This document shows, one piece after another, positions 1 to 9,433 of a stretch of 58,825 nucleotides of DNA. The position numbers and the translations under genes were made by a program. The notes beneath the pieces were generated by a model that was not told the DNA's origin, ran no database searches, and saw only the letters and a program-made list of their open reading frames with translations. Positions within the stretch are counted from its first letter, which is position 1. Each line of letters begins with the position of its first letter. This stretch comes from Chloroflexota bacterium (GTDB taxonomy: Bacteria; Chloroflexota; UBA5177), in assembly GCA_025966365.1 (NCBI GenBank), contig JAICWV010000003.1, positions 1 through 58,825 of the forward strand, read 5' to 3'.

Positions 1-1948
1 CCTCCCGCTCCTGTGCGTCCTGTCGGTAGATGCGGGCCAGCTCCTCGCCGGCCGGCTTCAGGTTTCCGTGGAAGTCGATGATCGAGGTGTTGGCCGTGCA
101 CGGAAAGCTGTCGTGCCCCATCCAGACGAGAAAGCCGCCGCATCGTGGAAAGCGCCCCCTGGCGGACTGTGCCGCGATCGAAAGCGCCCGCCGCTGGCGT
201 TCCTGGCTCCAGGCCACATACTCCTCCAGGTCGTACGGCTCTCGACCCTGCTCTTCCTCGAATACCGGCCACTCGACCCACCACGACGTTCGCCGCCAGA
301 GCGGATTCTCCTTCGAGCCCGGAATCTCGGGAAGATCGCCCCTGTACCGCCGGATGATCTCGACAGGACTGGCTCCCGCCGCTCCGATCTCGGAGTGGAA
401 CAGGGCGTCATTCAGCTCCCAGTACGCCCGATACTCTCCCTCCAGGTCTCCGTGGACGTGCCAGGGCCCATGAACGTCCCAGTGCTGCCCCTTCCCGAAC
501 CTTTCCCGGTCAGCGCCGAAACGCGGCCCGCTGGGAGAGGTGGGGAGGTACCGGCGGGCCGGATCGAGCTCGGCGACGACCTCGCCGATACGGCGGAGCA
601 TGGGGTGAGCGCTGTCGAGTGGGGTGTGGTGTTCGTCCTGCAGCTCGTTTCCGCCGCACCAGATCACCAGGGAGACATGGTGTCCGCGCCGTTCCACATA
701 CGACCGTGCAATGCGCTCCATCTGGTCTACCGACACGGCGTCGGCCGGAGGCGAGTTATCCAGGCCAGAAGAGGACAGGGGAAACTCCTGCCACACCAGC
801 ATGCCAAGCTCGTCGCACAGCGAGTAAAAAATCTCTTTCTCCAGAAAGGCGCCGCCCCAAACGCGCAGCATGTTCACGCCCATATCGCGATAGAGAGTCA
901 AGAGGCGGCGGTATTGCTCGTCGCTCACGTCGGCAAAGTTGGGGAGAATCGGCGTCCAGTTGACACCCTGCAAGAAGATCGGATTCCCATTGACCACGCA
1001 AATCCAGGGGTCGGCCCCGGCGGGAGCGCCCTCGCAGGGTTCCCAACGGACCTCGGTAAATCCAACCAGCATGGTTCGCGTGTCCTCTGCCTGCCCATCG
1101 TTTCCCCACAGGTCGAGGCGCAGGGAGTAGAGTGGCTGCTCCCCTGCTCCGTTTGGCCACCACGGCCGGACCGGAAGGTCGCTCCAGGTTACGCCTGCCC
1201 GCAGCTGCTCGCTGCTGAACGTCTCCTCACGCACCAGGCCATCGGGGCCGCTAAGGGTTAGAGAGGCGTTCCCCGCGTCCCCGAATATCCCTGCCGACAC
1301 GCGGACCGTTCCCGTGTTGCGAGCCGCGTCGGCCTGCGTGCGGACATCCAGTGCCGCGATCTCCGTGCCGTCGGACACCTCCAGAAGGAGATGGTCCCAA
1401 ATGCCGAGCTGAACCAGACGGGAGGTCCAGTCCCAGAAATAGTTGTAGCGCTCCTTCCACTCGCGCACCTCGGAGGCATAACCGATCTGACCCAGCCAGC
1501 GCGGAGGCGTGTCAAAGATGATCTGAAGGCTGTTGTCGCCGTCGCGCAGGAACGGTGTCAGGTTGAAGACGTGCGGCACGAATGTGCCACGGAAGGTCCC
1601 GGCTTCGCGGCCGTTGACGAGGACCCACCCCGCGTAGTCAAGGCCGAGCGCCCGGAGCCGCACGCAGGGAGCGTCCGCGGTCCAGGCCGCCGGAATCGAC
1701 GCCGTGAATATCCAGTGCCGGTTCTCGACCCACTCGGCCGCTCGCGCTTCCAGCCCGATATTCCAGTCGGGAATGACACCTGCGTCGCGCAGGGCCCCCT
1801 GAACCGATCCCGGAACCCGCGCGGGCGCGGCCAGTACCTCGGCATTGAGCGAGACGCCGGATTCGATACTGCGCTGCTGCTTCCACACGTACGGTGTCCA
1901 GCCGGCAACCGTCCACTCGAGCTCTCCCAGCTCGTACGTCTGCTTCAT
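1..1948 (-). CDS. Glycoside hydrolase family 2 (beta-mannosidase-like), 3' end runs off the window
   Basis: Not in the ORF track because it has no stop in the window. Manual translation from ATG at 1948 gives MKQTYELGELEWTVAGWTP..., with GH2 motifs VPGSV, GLDYAGWVLVNG, WDWTSRLVQLGIWD, WWPNGAGEQPLY, GVNWTP, NMLRVWGG, CDELGMLVWQEF, WCGGNE (acid/base) and SEIG (nucleophile). Confidence 0.9.
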   Translation of the reverse strand, partial: MKQTYELGELEWTVAGWTPYVWKQQRSIESGVSLNAEVLAAPARVPGSVQGALRDAGVIPDWNIGLEARAAEWVENRHWIFTASIPAAWTADAPCVRLRALGLDYAGWVLVNGREAGTFRGTFVPHVFNLTPFLRDGDNSLQIIFDTPPRWLGQIGYASEVREWKERYNYFWDWTSRLVQLGIWDHLLLEVSDGTEIAALDVRTQADAARNTGTVRVSAGIFGDAGNASLTLSGPDGLVREETFSSEQLRAGVTWSDLPVRPWWPNGAGEQPLYSLRLDLWGNDGQAEDTRTMLVGFTEVRWEPCEGAPAGADPWICVVNGNPIFLQGVNWTPILPNFADVSDEQYRRLLTLYRDMGVNMLRVWGGAFLEKEIFYSLCDELGMLVWQEFPLSSSGLDNSPPADAVSVDQMERIARSYVERRGHHVSLVIWCGGNELQDEHHTPLDSAHPMLRRIGEVVAELDPARRYLPTSPSGPRFGADRERFGKGQHWDVHGPWHVHGDLEGEYRAYWELNDALFHSEIGAAGASPVEIIRRYRGDLPEIPGSKENPLWRRTSWWVEWPVFEEEQGREPYDLEEYVAWSQERQRRALSIAAQSARGRFPRCGGFLVWMGHDSFPCTANTSIIDFHGNLKPAGEELARIYRQDAQERE

Positions 1949-1976
1949 TCGTCCCTTCTCTGCACCGCGGCTCATA

Positions 1977-2006
1977 CTACTTCTTCACGACCAGGCGAAG
2001 AAGTAG
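1977..2006. repeat. Perfect 10-bp inverted repeat upstream of the GH2 gene
   Basis: CTACTTCTTC-N10-GAAGAAGTAG, about 30 nt from the GH2 start codon. Could be an operator or a leader hairpin. Confidence 0.5.
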
Positions 2007-2370
2007 CTTGACCTCCATGGGTGTGCCACCCGTCTGCGCAGAGGCCGAGCCCGGCGCGTCGTCTGCCGCCCACACATTCGTAGTTACGTCAGTTCATTGA
2101 TGTCTGCATCGCAGTGCAGCTTCGATGCAGGCGCCCTCAATGTCGCTCGGCCGCGCCGTCAACCATGCCACCCTCACCCACCCCTTGGGATGCGTCGCCA
2201 GGAGCTGCGCTGCGGCGCAGCAGCCAATAAAGTGGCCGAACTACGTAGGGTGTCGAGGGGGCTGTCGGGATAACGGTGCAAAAAGTTCTGGCACACCGGA
2301 CCTCGGCTGAACCGCCGATGTACCGAGGCAATACATTGGAGTGACGTGGAGCACACAGGCGGAGGGAAAG

Positions 2371-3747
2371 GTGTTACGAGTTGAAGGTCCGGCGGTCAAA
2401 GACGAGCAGGGCCGCCACGTCCAGCTCAAGGGGCTCGGCCTCGGCGGCTGGATGAACATGGAGAGCTTCATTTCGGGCTATCCGGGAAACGAGTCGGGAT
2501 GGCGCGCCGCTCTACGCGTCGCTCTCGGCGAGGAGCGGTACCGATTCTTCTTCGACCGGTTCCTGGAGTACTTTTTTGAGGATGCCGATGCCGCGTTCAT
2601 CGCGTCCCTCGGGCTCAATTGCCTTCGCCTCCCGATCAACTACCGGCACTTCGAGCGCGACACCGAGCCGTTTGTCATCCGTGAGGAGGGATTCAGGCAT
2701 CTCGATCGGGTGGTCGATCTATGTGCCCGGCACGGCCTTTATACCGTGATCGATCTGCATGCCGTTCAGGGCTATCAGAACCAGGACTGGCACTCGGACA
2801 ATCCGGGATTTATTGCTTCGCTGTGGACGCAGCGACAGTTTCAAGATCGCGCGGCCGGCCTGTGGGAGGCGATCGCACGGCGCTACCGCGGCAACCGCTG
2901 GGTCGCCGGGTACAACCTGATCAATGAGCCGAACGCTCCAGACGCGGAAACATACCTGGGTGTGCACAGGAGGCTGTACGAGACCGTTCGCGACGTGGAC
3001 CCGGACCACCTCGTCTTTATCGATGCCGACGCCTACGGCAGTAACCTCGACCGCTTCGACGAAGTCTGGCCCGATACCGTATATAGCATCCATGACTACG
3101 CCTATTGCGCCTTCAACTTTGGAGGAGAGTATCCCGGTGAAACGCGCGGAGTGTGGTGTGATGAGGCGTGGGCGGAGCGGCACTTCCTGAAAAAGTCGAG
3201 GTTTGCCCGCGAGAATAATGCCCCTGTCTGGGTCGGGGAGTTCGGGGCCGTCTTTTCCGGCGCTCCGGTCCGGGATGCCAACCGCTGCCGCATCATTCAC
3301 GACCAGATCGGCATTTACGACCGACACGGTGCGGGCTGGTCGCTCTGGACGTACAAGGATATCGGGAAGATGGGCCTGGTTTACCTTCCTCCAGACTCTC
3401 CGTACATGCAGAGGCTTCGGTCCGGTCTGGAGCGAAAGGAGCGCATGGGAGTCGACTCCTGGACGAGCACGGGAGTGGAAGTAGCCGAAGCGACGGACCC
3501 GCTTCTCGAGCTCATTTCGCGAGAGTTTCCCGACAGGACATCGCTTGGTTTTGATCCGGTGTGGATGGTGGAGCGGGTGGTTCGCAGCATCATGCTCTCC
3601 CAGGCGCTGGTGCCCGAGTTTGTCGATGCTTTTGCCGGCCTCTCGGAGTCGCAGCTGGACGCGCTCCTGCAGTGTTTCCGCCTGCAGAATTGCGTCGTTC
3701 GTGAGCCGCTGGCCAGGGTTCTTGCCGGTCAGCCGATCGGGGCGTGA
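2371..3747 (+). CDS. Glycoside hydrolase family 5 (cellulase family, beta-xylosidase/glucanase-like), no signal peptide
   Basis: GLGGWMNME, LNCLRLPINY, IDLHA, NLINEP (acid/base), SIHDY, WVGEFG (nucleophile), WSLWTYKD. GTG at 2371 follows a GGAGG SD (ORF track starts at 2341). Confidence 0.9.
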   Translation: MLRVEGPAVKDEQGRHVQLKGLGLGGWMNMESFISGYPGNESGWRAALRVALGEERYRFFFDRFLEYFFEDADAAFIASLGLNCLRLPINYRHFERDTEPFVIREEGFRHLDRVVDLCARHGLYTVIDLHAVQGYQNQDWHSDNPGFIASLWTQRQFQDRAAGLWEAIARRYRGNRWVAGYNLINEPNAPDAETYLGVHRRLYETVRDVDPDHLVFIDADAYGSNLDRFDEVWPDTVYSIHDYAYCAFNFGGEYPGETRGVWCDEAWAERHFLKKSRFARENNAPVWVGEFGAVFSGAPVRDANRCRIIHDQIGIYDRHGAGWSLWTYKDIGKMGLVYLPPDSPYMQRLRSGLERKERMGVDSWTSTGVEVAEATDPLLELISREFPDRTSLGFDPVWMVERVVRSIMLSQALVPEFVDAFAGLSESQLDALLQCFRLQNCVVREPLARVLAGQPIGA

Positions 3748-3789
3748 GGCAGTCTCCATCGCCAGTTTCCGACGTGACCGGACTCCTGA

Positions 3790-4335
3790 TTACTCGCCGA
3801 TCTCAGGAGCGCGGATAATCCGAGGATTGGCGAAGATGTCGGCGTCGTCGGTACTGGTCGAGGAGAACTCGGAGACGACGGCTCCCTCGTCACCTGCTTG
3901 AAACCAATGCCATGTGTCGGGCGGAATGGTGAACTGCTCGCCAGGCCGCAGGACGATCTCGTTCCGGACGGTGTAGTACGGTTCGCTCCCCGGCGGGACC
4001 TGCGCCCTGGGCTCATTGGATTCGGGGCCGGAGATGGAAAGGTAGACCTCGCCGGACCGGCAGCGGAACGTCTCTTGCTTGCCGGGACTGTCTCCGACCG
4101 GGGGGTGACGGTGCTGGGGGAAGGTCTGTCGAGGCAACAGGACTAGCTCCTTCGCGCAGTAGCGGTTGGTGTTCACGTAGGTGACCAGACACATGCCCTG
4201 GCGCGAGAACTCATCCAGGCCGCAGTCCGCTACCTCGATGGCGGACGCTTCGTCGGGTGTCAGTATCACGCCGACTTTCTGTAGCGCGTCTACCGCGTAC
4301 AGGCGCGCCTCCTCTGCCTGTGCCCGTGTCAGCAT
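3790..4335 (-). CDS. D-lyxose/D-mannose isomerase family cupin (YdaE-like)
   Basis: YVNTNRYCAKEL, QTFPQHRHPP, GKQETFRCR, PDTWHWFQAG, EFSSTSTDDADIF. ATG at 4335 has an AGGAGG SD. Confidence 0.88.
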   Translation of the reverse strand: MLTRAQAEEARLYAVDALQKVGVILTPDEASAIEVADCGLDEFSRQGMCLVTYVNTNRYCAKELVLLPRQTFPQHRHPPVGDSPGKQETFRCRSGEVYLSISGPESNEPRAQVPPGSEPYYTVRNEIVLRPGEQFTIPPDTWHWFQAGDEGAVVSEFSSTSTDDADIFANPRIIRAPEIGE

Positions 4336-4455
4336 CGATCGTACCTCCTGCCGCACGCAGAATACGCCGCGCGCTGATTCCAGCGCGAGTAGATCTGTCC
4401 AATTCGGCATGGTTTGTGCATCTCTGAGGCTGTAATCCAGGAAAGGAGATCTGGC

Positions 4456-5031
4456 ATGATTGGATACTCGCAGCCACCCCACGCCGCCACGACAGGCGCG
4501 GGCTGGGCTCTGATCATCATTGGCGCCCTTACCGTGATCGCCGGCATTCTCGCGGTCATTTTTCCCAGCCTGACGCTGTTCACGCTGGTGTTGCTGTTCG
4601 GATGGTTCGCCATCGCCGCCGGTGTCATGGAGGTCATTCACGCCTTTACCGGCAATAGATCCACCGAGGGAAAGGTGCTTCTCGGCCTCTGGGGCCTGGC
4701 AACGATCGTGATCGGCGTGATTGCGCTCGTCTTGCCCGGGATCACGCTGGCGTCATTTGTGGTCCTGCTTGCGGCATACTTCCTGATTACGGGTGTGACC
4801 CAGATCATCGCCGCATTCCGGGGCCACCTGCACGCATGGCTCCTCATCTGGGGCGTCATCGGCGTGATCGCCGGCCTGGCCGCCATGTTCTATCCCGGAG
4901 CCGCCGCTCTGACCCTGGCCATCATCTTCGGCATCTACGCGATCCTGGGTGGCCTGACCGCCCTGGTCTCCGGCATCGCCGTGCTTCGCCATAGCAGCGA
5001 TGAGAGCGGAGCTGTCAGCAGGGTGGCCTAA
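4456..5031 (+). CDS. HdeD/DUF308 family membrane protein
   Basis: About six hydrophobic helices with repeated G..aI..G...L..P....L motifs. AAAGGAG SD before ATG 4456. Confidence 0.8.
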   Translation: MIGYSQPPHAATTGAGWALIIIGALTVIAGILAVIFPSLTLFTLVLLFGWFAIAAGVMEVIHAFTGNRSTEGKVLLGLWGLATIVIGVIALVLPGITLASFVVLLAAYFLITGVTQIIAAFRGHLHAWLLIWGVIGVIAGLAAMFYPGAAALTLAIIFGIYAILGGLTALVSGIAVLRHSSDESGAVSRVA

Positions 5032-6566
5032 CGCCGATCGCCGTTCTCGGCCAATCTGGCGAGCGCGGCGAAATCGCCCGCGAGCGACGGGTAGAGGCGG
5101 TCATACAGCCGGTGATATCCGGAGTACACTCCCTGGAGATACTCATCCGGCGGAGTCTCTTTCGTGATATGGACCAGGGCGTCGGCGGCTTCGGCCACTG
5201 ATGCCCACTGCCCGGTACCAACCCCGGCCAGGATTGCAGCGCCAAAAGCAGGGCCGGAATCGGTGAGGGCGGTAAGGACGCGCGAACCGAGGAGCGAGGC
5301 GAGGATTTCGCGCCAGAGCGGACTTTGCGCGCCTCCACCGGTCGTGCGCACCGTGTGGAGCGGCACGTCGAGAGCTCGCATAAGATCTGCCGAATCAGCC
5401 AGAGCAAAACTCACGCCTTCCAGCACGCTCCGGGTCAGGTGGTCACGGCCGTGACGGAGCGAGAGGCCGAAGAAGGCGCCGCGGGCGTCTGGGTCCCCGT
5501 GTGGCGTGCGCTCTCCGGTCAAATAGGGGAGAAAGATGAGTCCGTCGCTGCCCGCCGGGACGCGCGACGCTCCTTCCAGCATGGCCCCGTACCCGGCATC
5601 GGTCTGGTTCTTTTCGTCACCCGGGAACAGGATGCTCCGCCACCACTGCAAGCTCCCACCGGCCGAGAGGACAACGCCCATGGCGTACCAGGTATCGGGG
5701 ACGGCGTGGCAAAACGTGTGCAGCCGGCCGGCAGGGTCAACCCGTGGCTCGCTCATTGGGGCGACCAGCGTGCCGGATGTCCCGATGCTTGCCAGCACCT
5801 GGCCCGTTCGGACGACGCCGGTGCCCACGGCGGCGCACGCGTTGTCGGCTCCGCCCGCGACTACCGGCGTTCCCGGGTGCAGCCCGCTGGCATCTGCGGC
5901 GTCTGCGCTCACCTGCCCGACCACCTCCGTCGATTCCAGGGCCGCCGGGAACCAGGAAGTCGGCACATCGACCGCTTGGGCCAGCGGCTCGGACCAGCAG
6001 CGATGCGCGACGTCGAAAAGGAGCGTCCCGCTGGCGTCGGAAACGTCCGTCGCCAAGCGGCCGGTTAACCGGAAATTGAGGTAATCCTTGGGCAGCAATA
6101 CCGTACGTATGCGGCTGTAAATCGCGGGCTCATGCCTGCGCACCCAGAGCAGTTTGGGTAGGGTGAAGCCGGCCAGCGCCGGGTTCCCGACCCACTCAAG
6201 CAGGGTGTCCAGGCCGACGCGGCCGGTGATCCAATCGCATTCGGCGCCACTCCGTTGATCATTCCAGAGTATGCAGGGCCGAAGCACGTGTCCCGCTTCG
6301 TCGAGCAGTGTCGCTCCATGCATCTGCCCGGATACAGCGATACCCTGGATCTCCGCCGCGTCGGTCCCGGTTCGACTCAACAGCTCACGGATAGCCCGGA
6401 CGCTTGCCTGCCACCAGTCACCGGGGTCCTGCTCGCTCCAACCGGGCCGCGGCGTGCTGAGTGAAAGAGGCACCGAGTATGAGCGAACCTCGGCTGTGGG
6501 CTCGCCGGACAGCAGAAGGGCTTTGACCGCGGAGGTGCCGAGATCGAGTCCAAGAAAATAGGTCAC
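5028..6566 (-). CDS. xylB: Xylulokinase (FGGY carbohydrate kinase)
   Basis: GLDLGTSAVK, SGQMHG, LWNDQR, TDVSDASGT, GGADNACAAVG, SIGTSG, LPYLTGERTP, GGGAQSPLW. Confidence 0.88.
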   Translation of the reverse strand: MTYFLGLDLGTSAVKALLLSGEPTAEVRSYSVPLSLSTPRPGWSEQDPGDWWQASVRAIRELLSRTGTDAAEIQGIAVSGQMHGATLLDEAGHVLRPCILWNDQRSGAECDWITGRVGLDTLLEWVGNPALAGFTLPKLLWVRRHEPAIYSRIRTVLLPKDYLNFRLTGRLATDVSDASGTLLFDVAHRCWSEPLAQAVDVPTSWFPAALESTEVVGQVSADAADASGLHPGTPVVAGGADNACAAVGTGVVRTGQVLASIGTSGTLVAPMSEPRVDPAGRLHTFCHAVPDTWYAMGVVLSAGGSLQWWRSILFPGDEKNQTDAGYGAMLEGASRVPAGSDGLIFLPYLTGERTPHGDPDARGAFFGLSLRHGRDHLTRSVLEGVSFALADSADLMRALDVPLHTVRTTGGGAQSPLWREILASLLGSRVLTALTDSGPAFGAAILAGVGTGQWASVAEAADALVHITKETPPDEYLQGVYSGYHRLYDRLYPSLAGDFAALARLAENGDRR

Positions 6567-7633
6567 AGCGTCCCGGACATCGTATGCGGCGGAAAGGCGG
6601 CCCCGACCATCTCGGGACTCATGCCCAGGGCCCCGAACACGGCGCGGTATGCAGCCAGGGCGTCTTTTTCCCTGTGAGCATCCCGCATCGCGGTCTCATC
6701 CACTTTTCCGGCAATCTCGTCCACAAAGCGCCATTGCAATAGACTCTGCCGCGCCGCCACGATGGGATCTTCGGTGTACGGATAGAGGTCCATCCCCAGC
6801 CGCTCGCCGTTGGAGCCGTATCCCACCTTGCGTAGAGCAAGGGCCATCTCCAGTGTCTCCATGAATCGCGTGGCGCCGACGATGTTGTCGTCGTCGAACT
6901 GGCCCCAGCCGGAATTCGCGTGCTGGTGGCCGAGAAGGCCCTGCATGGCCAGAAGCTCGGCGTACTCCGCCAGGTTCTCGCCGTTCATGATCAGGTGCTG
7001 CCAGTCCATATTGACTTTAGTCCGGGAGGTGTCGATCCCGCGGCGAGCCAGCGCGTTGATGACGAACATGGTCATGCCGATGTCGCGCATGTAGATCTTC
7101 ATCTGCGGCTCACTGTTTTTGTGTTCGAGGAACACGGTCACATCCTTTTCGGCGGCGTACGCCACCGCGTCCCCGAGGCCGTCGAGGAACACCGTCCACT
7201 GGTCGGTGTAGTCGGACTGGAAGGGATAGTTATAGCCCTCGATGCCGGGCCAGATAATGAGATGAGCGTCAAGCTCGGCGCACAGATCCACGGCGCTCCG
7301 GTTGGCGGCTCGGGCGTCTGCCCGGATGCGAGCATCGGGACTGGTCAGGGCGCCGCGCGCGTGGCGCGGAAAGGTATGGGTGCCGGTGGCGATGGCATAG
7401 ATGTCCATGGGCTTGATCGCTTCCATGATTGCCTGCGCGTTGTCCTCGTCGATTTCCCCCGGATAGTGGAACTCCAGCCCGTCGTACAGATCGGAGAGTC
7501 CCGAGGCCACGCGCCGGGCACGGTCGAGGGGCGCCTCACCCTGCACCTCCGGGTGATAGCCGGCCAGTAAGAAGCGCGTTCCCAGCGTCCCGAATGCCCA
7601 GATTCCCAGGCTCGTCTTTAGCTGCTCTGCCAT
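6563..7633 (-). CDS. Xylose-isomerase-like TIM-barrel sugar isomerase (atypical metal ligands)
   Basis: SLGIWAFG, GLEFHYP, IIWPGIEG, FLEHKNSEP, VNMDWQH, HQHAN..FDDD and GMDLYP align with the class I XylA/L-rhamnose isomerase motifs. Overlaps xylB by 4 nt. Confidence 0.8.
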   Translation of the reverse strand: MAEQLKTSLGIWAFGTLGTRFLLAGYHPEVQGEAPLDRARRVASGLSDLYDGLEFHYPGEIDEDNAQAIMEAIKPMDIYAIATGTHTFPRHARGALTSPDARIRADARAANRSAVDLCAELDAHLIIWPGIEGYNYPFQSDYTDQWTVFLDGLGDAVAYAAEKDVTVFLEHKNSEPQMKIYMRDIGMTMFVINALARRGIDTSRTKVNMDWQHLIMNGENLAEYAELLAMQGLLGHQHANSGWGQFDDDNIVGATRFMETLEMALALRKVGYGSNGERLGMDLYPYTEDPIVAARQSLLQWRFVDEIAGKVDETAMRDAHREKDALAAYRAVFGALGMSPEMVGAAFPPHTMSGTL

Positions 7634-7652
7634 GGAACCTCTCCTTCTCCGC

Positions 7653-8288
7653 TCATTGAACCGCTTGCGAGTCTTGCGCCTCTGCCGCGGCTAGCTCAGC
7701 TTCGGCCAGATCGCATAGCAAATGGGTTGCCATGAGGTGCATCTCCTGAATGATCGGCGTATCGGTGGCCGGCATTCGCAATGCAATGTCGGCGCTCCGC
7801 GATAGGCTGCTGTCGCCGGGGCCGATGAGCGCTATCACGGTCATGCCACGCCCGTGTGCCTCGTCGGCTGCCGCCAAGAGGTTCTTTGATTCGCCGCTGG
7901 TGGTGTAGGCGAGAAAGACGTCGCCCGCTCGTCCCAGCGCTCCCACCTGGCGCGCAAAGACGTCGTCGTAGCCGTAATCGTTGCCGATAGCGGTGAGGAT
8001 GGATGTATCGGTCGTCAATGCTATGGCAGGGTATGGCGACCGCTCGCGCTTGTAGCGGCCGACCAGCTCCGCGGCAAAGTGCTGCGCGTCGGCAGCGCTT
8101 CCGCCGTTCCCCGCGGTCAGTATCTTGTTTCCCTTGCGGACGGCGGAGACGATGGCGGAAGCCGCCTCGGCTACCTGGGAAGCCGAGCCCTGCCACGAGT
8201 CGAGCGCGCGCTGAAGGGCGCTGTTGTGCTGTCTCATAGCGTCCCGAATTGCGGACGTGTAGCCACCGTCCGGAGAGGCGTCGGTCAT
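7653..8288 (-). CDS. gmhA: SIS-domain phosphoheptose isomerase (GmhA-like)
   Basis: GNGGSAADAQHFAAELVGRY, ALTTDTSILTAIGNDYGYDDVFARQV, TTSGES, IQEMH. ATG 8288 has an AGGAGG SD. Confidence 0.85.
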   Translation of the reverse strand: MTDASPDGGYTSAIRDAMRQHNSALQRALDSWQGSASQVAEAASAIVSAVRKGNKILTAGNGGSAADAQHFAAELVGRYKRERSPYPAIALTTDTSILTAIGNDYGYDDVFARQVGALGRAGDVFLAYTTSGESKNLLAAADEAHGRGMTVIALIGPGDSSLSRSADIALRMPATDTPIIQEMHLMATHLLCDLAEAELAAAEAQDSQAVQ

Positions 8289-8371
8289 GCGTGACCTCCT
8301 GCCGCGCGTGTGTCTCCCCATGATAGGGACGCGGTGCGTGGTAGATAGAGTGAGAGCTGAGGAGGGGAGCG

Positions 8372-9433
8372 ATGAAGCAATACCGCATTGCGGTCATACC
8401 GGGTGATGGGGTGGGTCAGGAGGTGGTTCCGGCCGCGCTCCGGGTGTTGAACCGGGCGGCTGACCTGTCCGGGAACTTCGCTCTCCAGTGCAAGGAGTTC
8501 CCCTGGGGGAGCGGCTATTACCTGGAGACGGGCCGGATGATGGACGAGGACGGACTGAGCCGCCTGCGCGACTTCGACGCCATCTTTCTTGGCGCAGTTG
8601 GATATCCGTCGGTCCCGGACCATGTGACGCTTTGGGGCTTGCTCCTCCCCATCCGTCAGCGCTTCAATCTGTACGCCAATCTGCGTCCGGTCAAGCTGCT
8701 GCCGGGCATCCGGGGACCGTTGCGGGACAAGGGACCGGACCAGATCGACATGCTGGTCATCCGGGAGAATTCCGAGGGGGAGTATTCCGGTGTGGGCGGG
8801 CGCGTCCATCTCGGATTCGGCCATGAAGTGGCGATCCAGACGGATGTATTTACCCGCGAAGGCGTGGAGAAGGTTGTCCGCTACGCATTTGTGCGAGCGA
8901 GCGAACGTCGAAAGCGCCTGGCAAGCATCACCAAGTCCAACGCCAGCCCCTTCGCGTTCGTGTTCTGGGACGAGGTGGTGCGGGATGTGGGCAAGGATTT
9001 TCCGGATGTGTCGGTCGATCGAGTCCTGGTAGACGCTGCCGCGGCCTACTTCATCACCCGACCCGAAATGTTCGACGTGGTGGTTGCCTCCAATCTGTTT
9101 GGGGACGTGCTCACCGACATTGGAGCGGTCATTCAGGGCAGCATGGGTCTGGCGGCAAGCGCCAATATTAATCCCGATGGCGGCTACCCCGGAATGTTTG
9201 AGCCCGTCCACGGTTCGGCGCCGGATATTGCCGGCAAAGGCATCGCAAATCCACTCGGGTCCATCTGGGCAGGCGCGATGATGCTGCAGCAGCTCGGTGA
9301 GCCGGCATCCGGCGACCGCGTGCTGTCGGCGATAGAGAAGGCTCTTGCCGAAACCACCGTGAGGACGAGGGACCTCGGAGGGGATGCGACCACCGCCGAG
9401 ATGACCGAGGCGGTGATGGCGGCTCTCGGGTAA
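8372..9433 (+). CDS. Tartrate dehydrogenase / D-malate dehydrogenase (decarboxylating), isocitrate/isopropylmalate dehydrogenase family
   Basis: IAVIPGDGVG, PDHVTLWGLLLPIRQ, RENSEGEY, TKSNA, SNLFGDVLTD, MFEPVHGSAPDIAGKGIANP. GGAGG SD. Confidence 0.85.
   Translation: MKQYRIAVIPGDGVGQEVVPAALRVLNRAADLSGNFALQCKEFPWGSGYYLETGRMMDEDGLSRLRDFDAIFLGAVGYPSVPDHVTLWGLLLPIRQRFNLYANLRPVKLLPGIRGPLRDKGPDQIDMLVIRENSEGEYSGVGGRVHLGFGHEVAIQTDVFTREGVEKVVRYAFVRASERRKRLASITKSNASPFAFVFWDEVVRDVGKDFPDVSVDRVLVDAAAAYFITRPEMFDVVVASNLFGDVLTDIGAVIQGSMGLAASANINPDGGYPGMFEPVHGSAPDIAGKGIANPLGSIWAGAMMLQQLGEPASGDRVLSAIEKALAETTVRTRDLGGDATTAEMTEAVMAALG

Noticed and set aside
30-2011. Long + strand ORFs (68-1261, 1391-2011) and similar antisense ORFs across the window (e.g. 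16579-18369, 24520-25833)
   Set aside because: They are shadows of real genes on the opposite strand in high-GC DNA and carry no family motifs.
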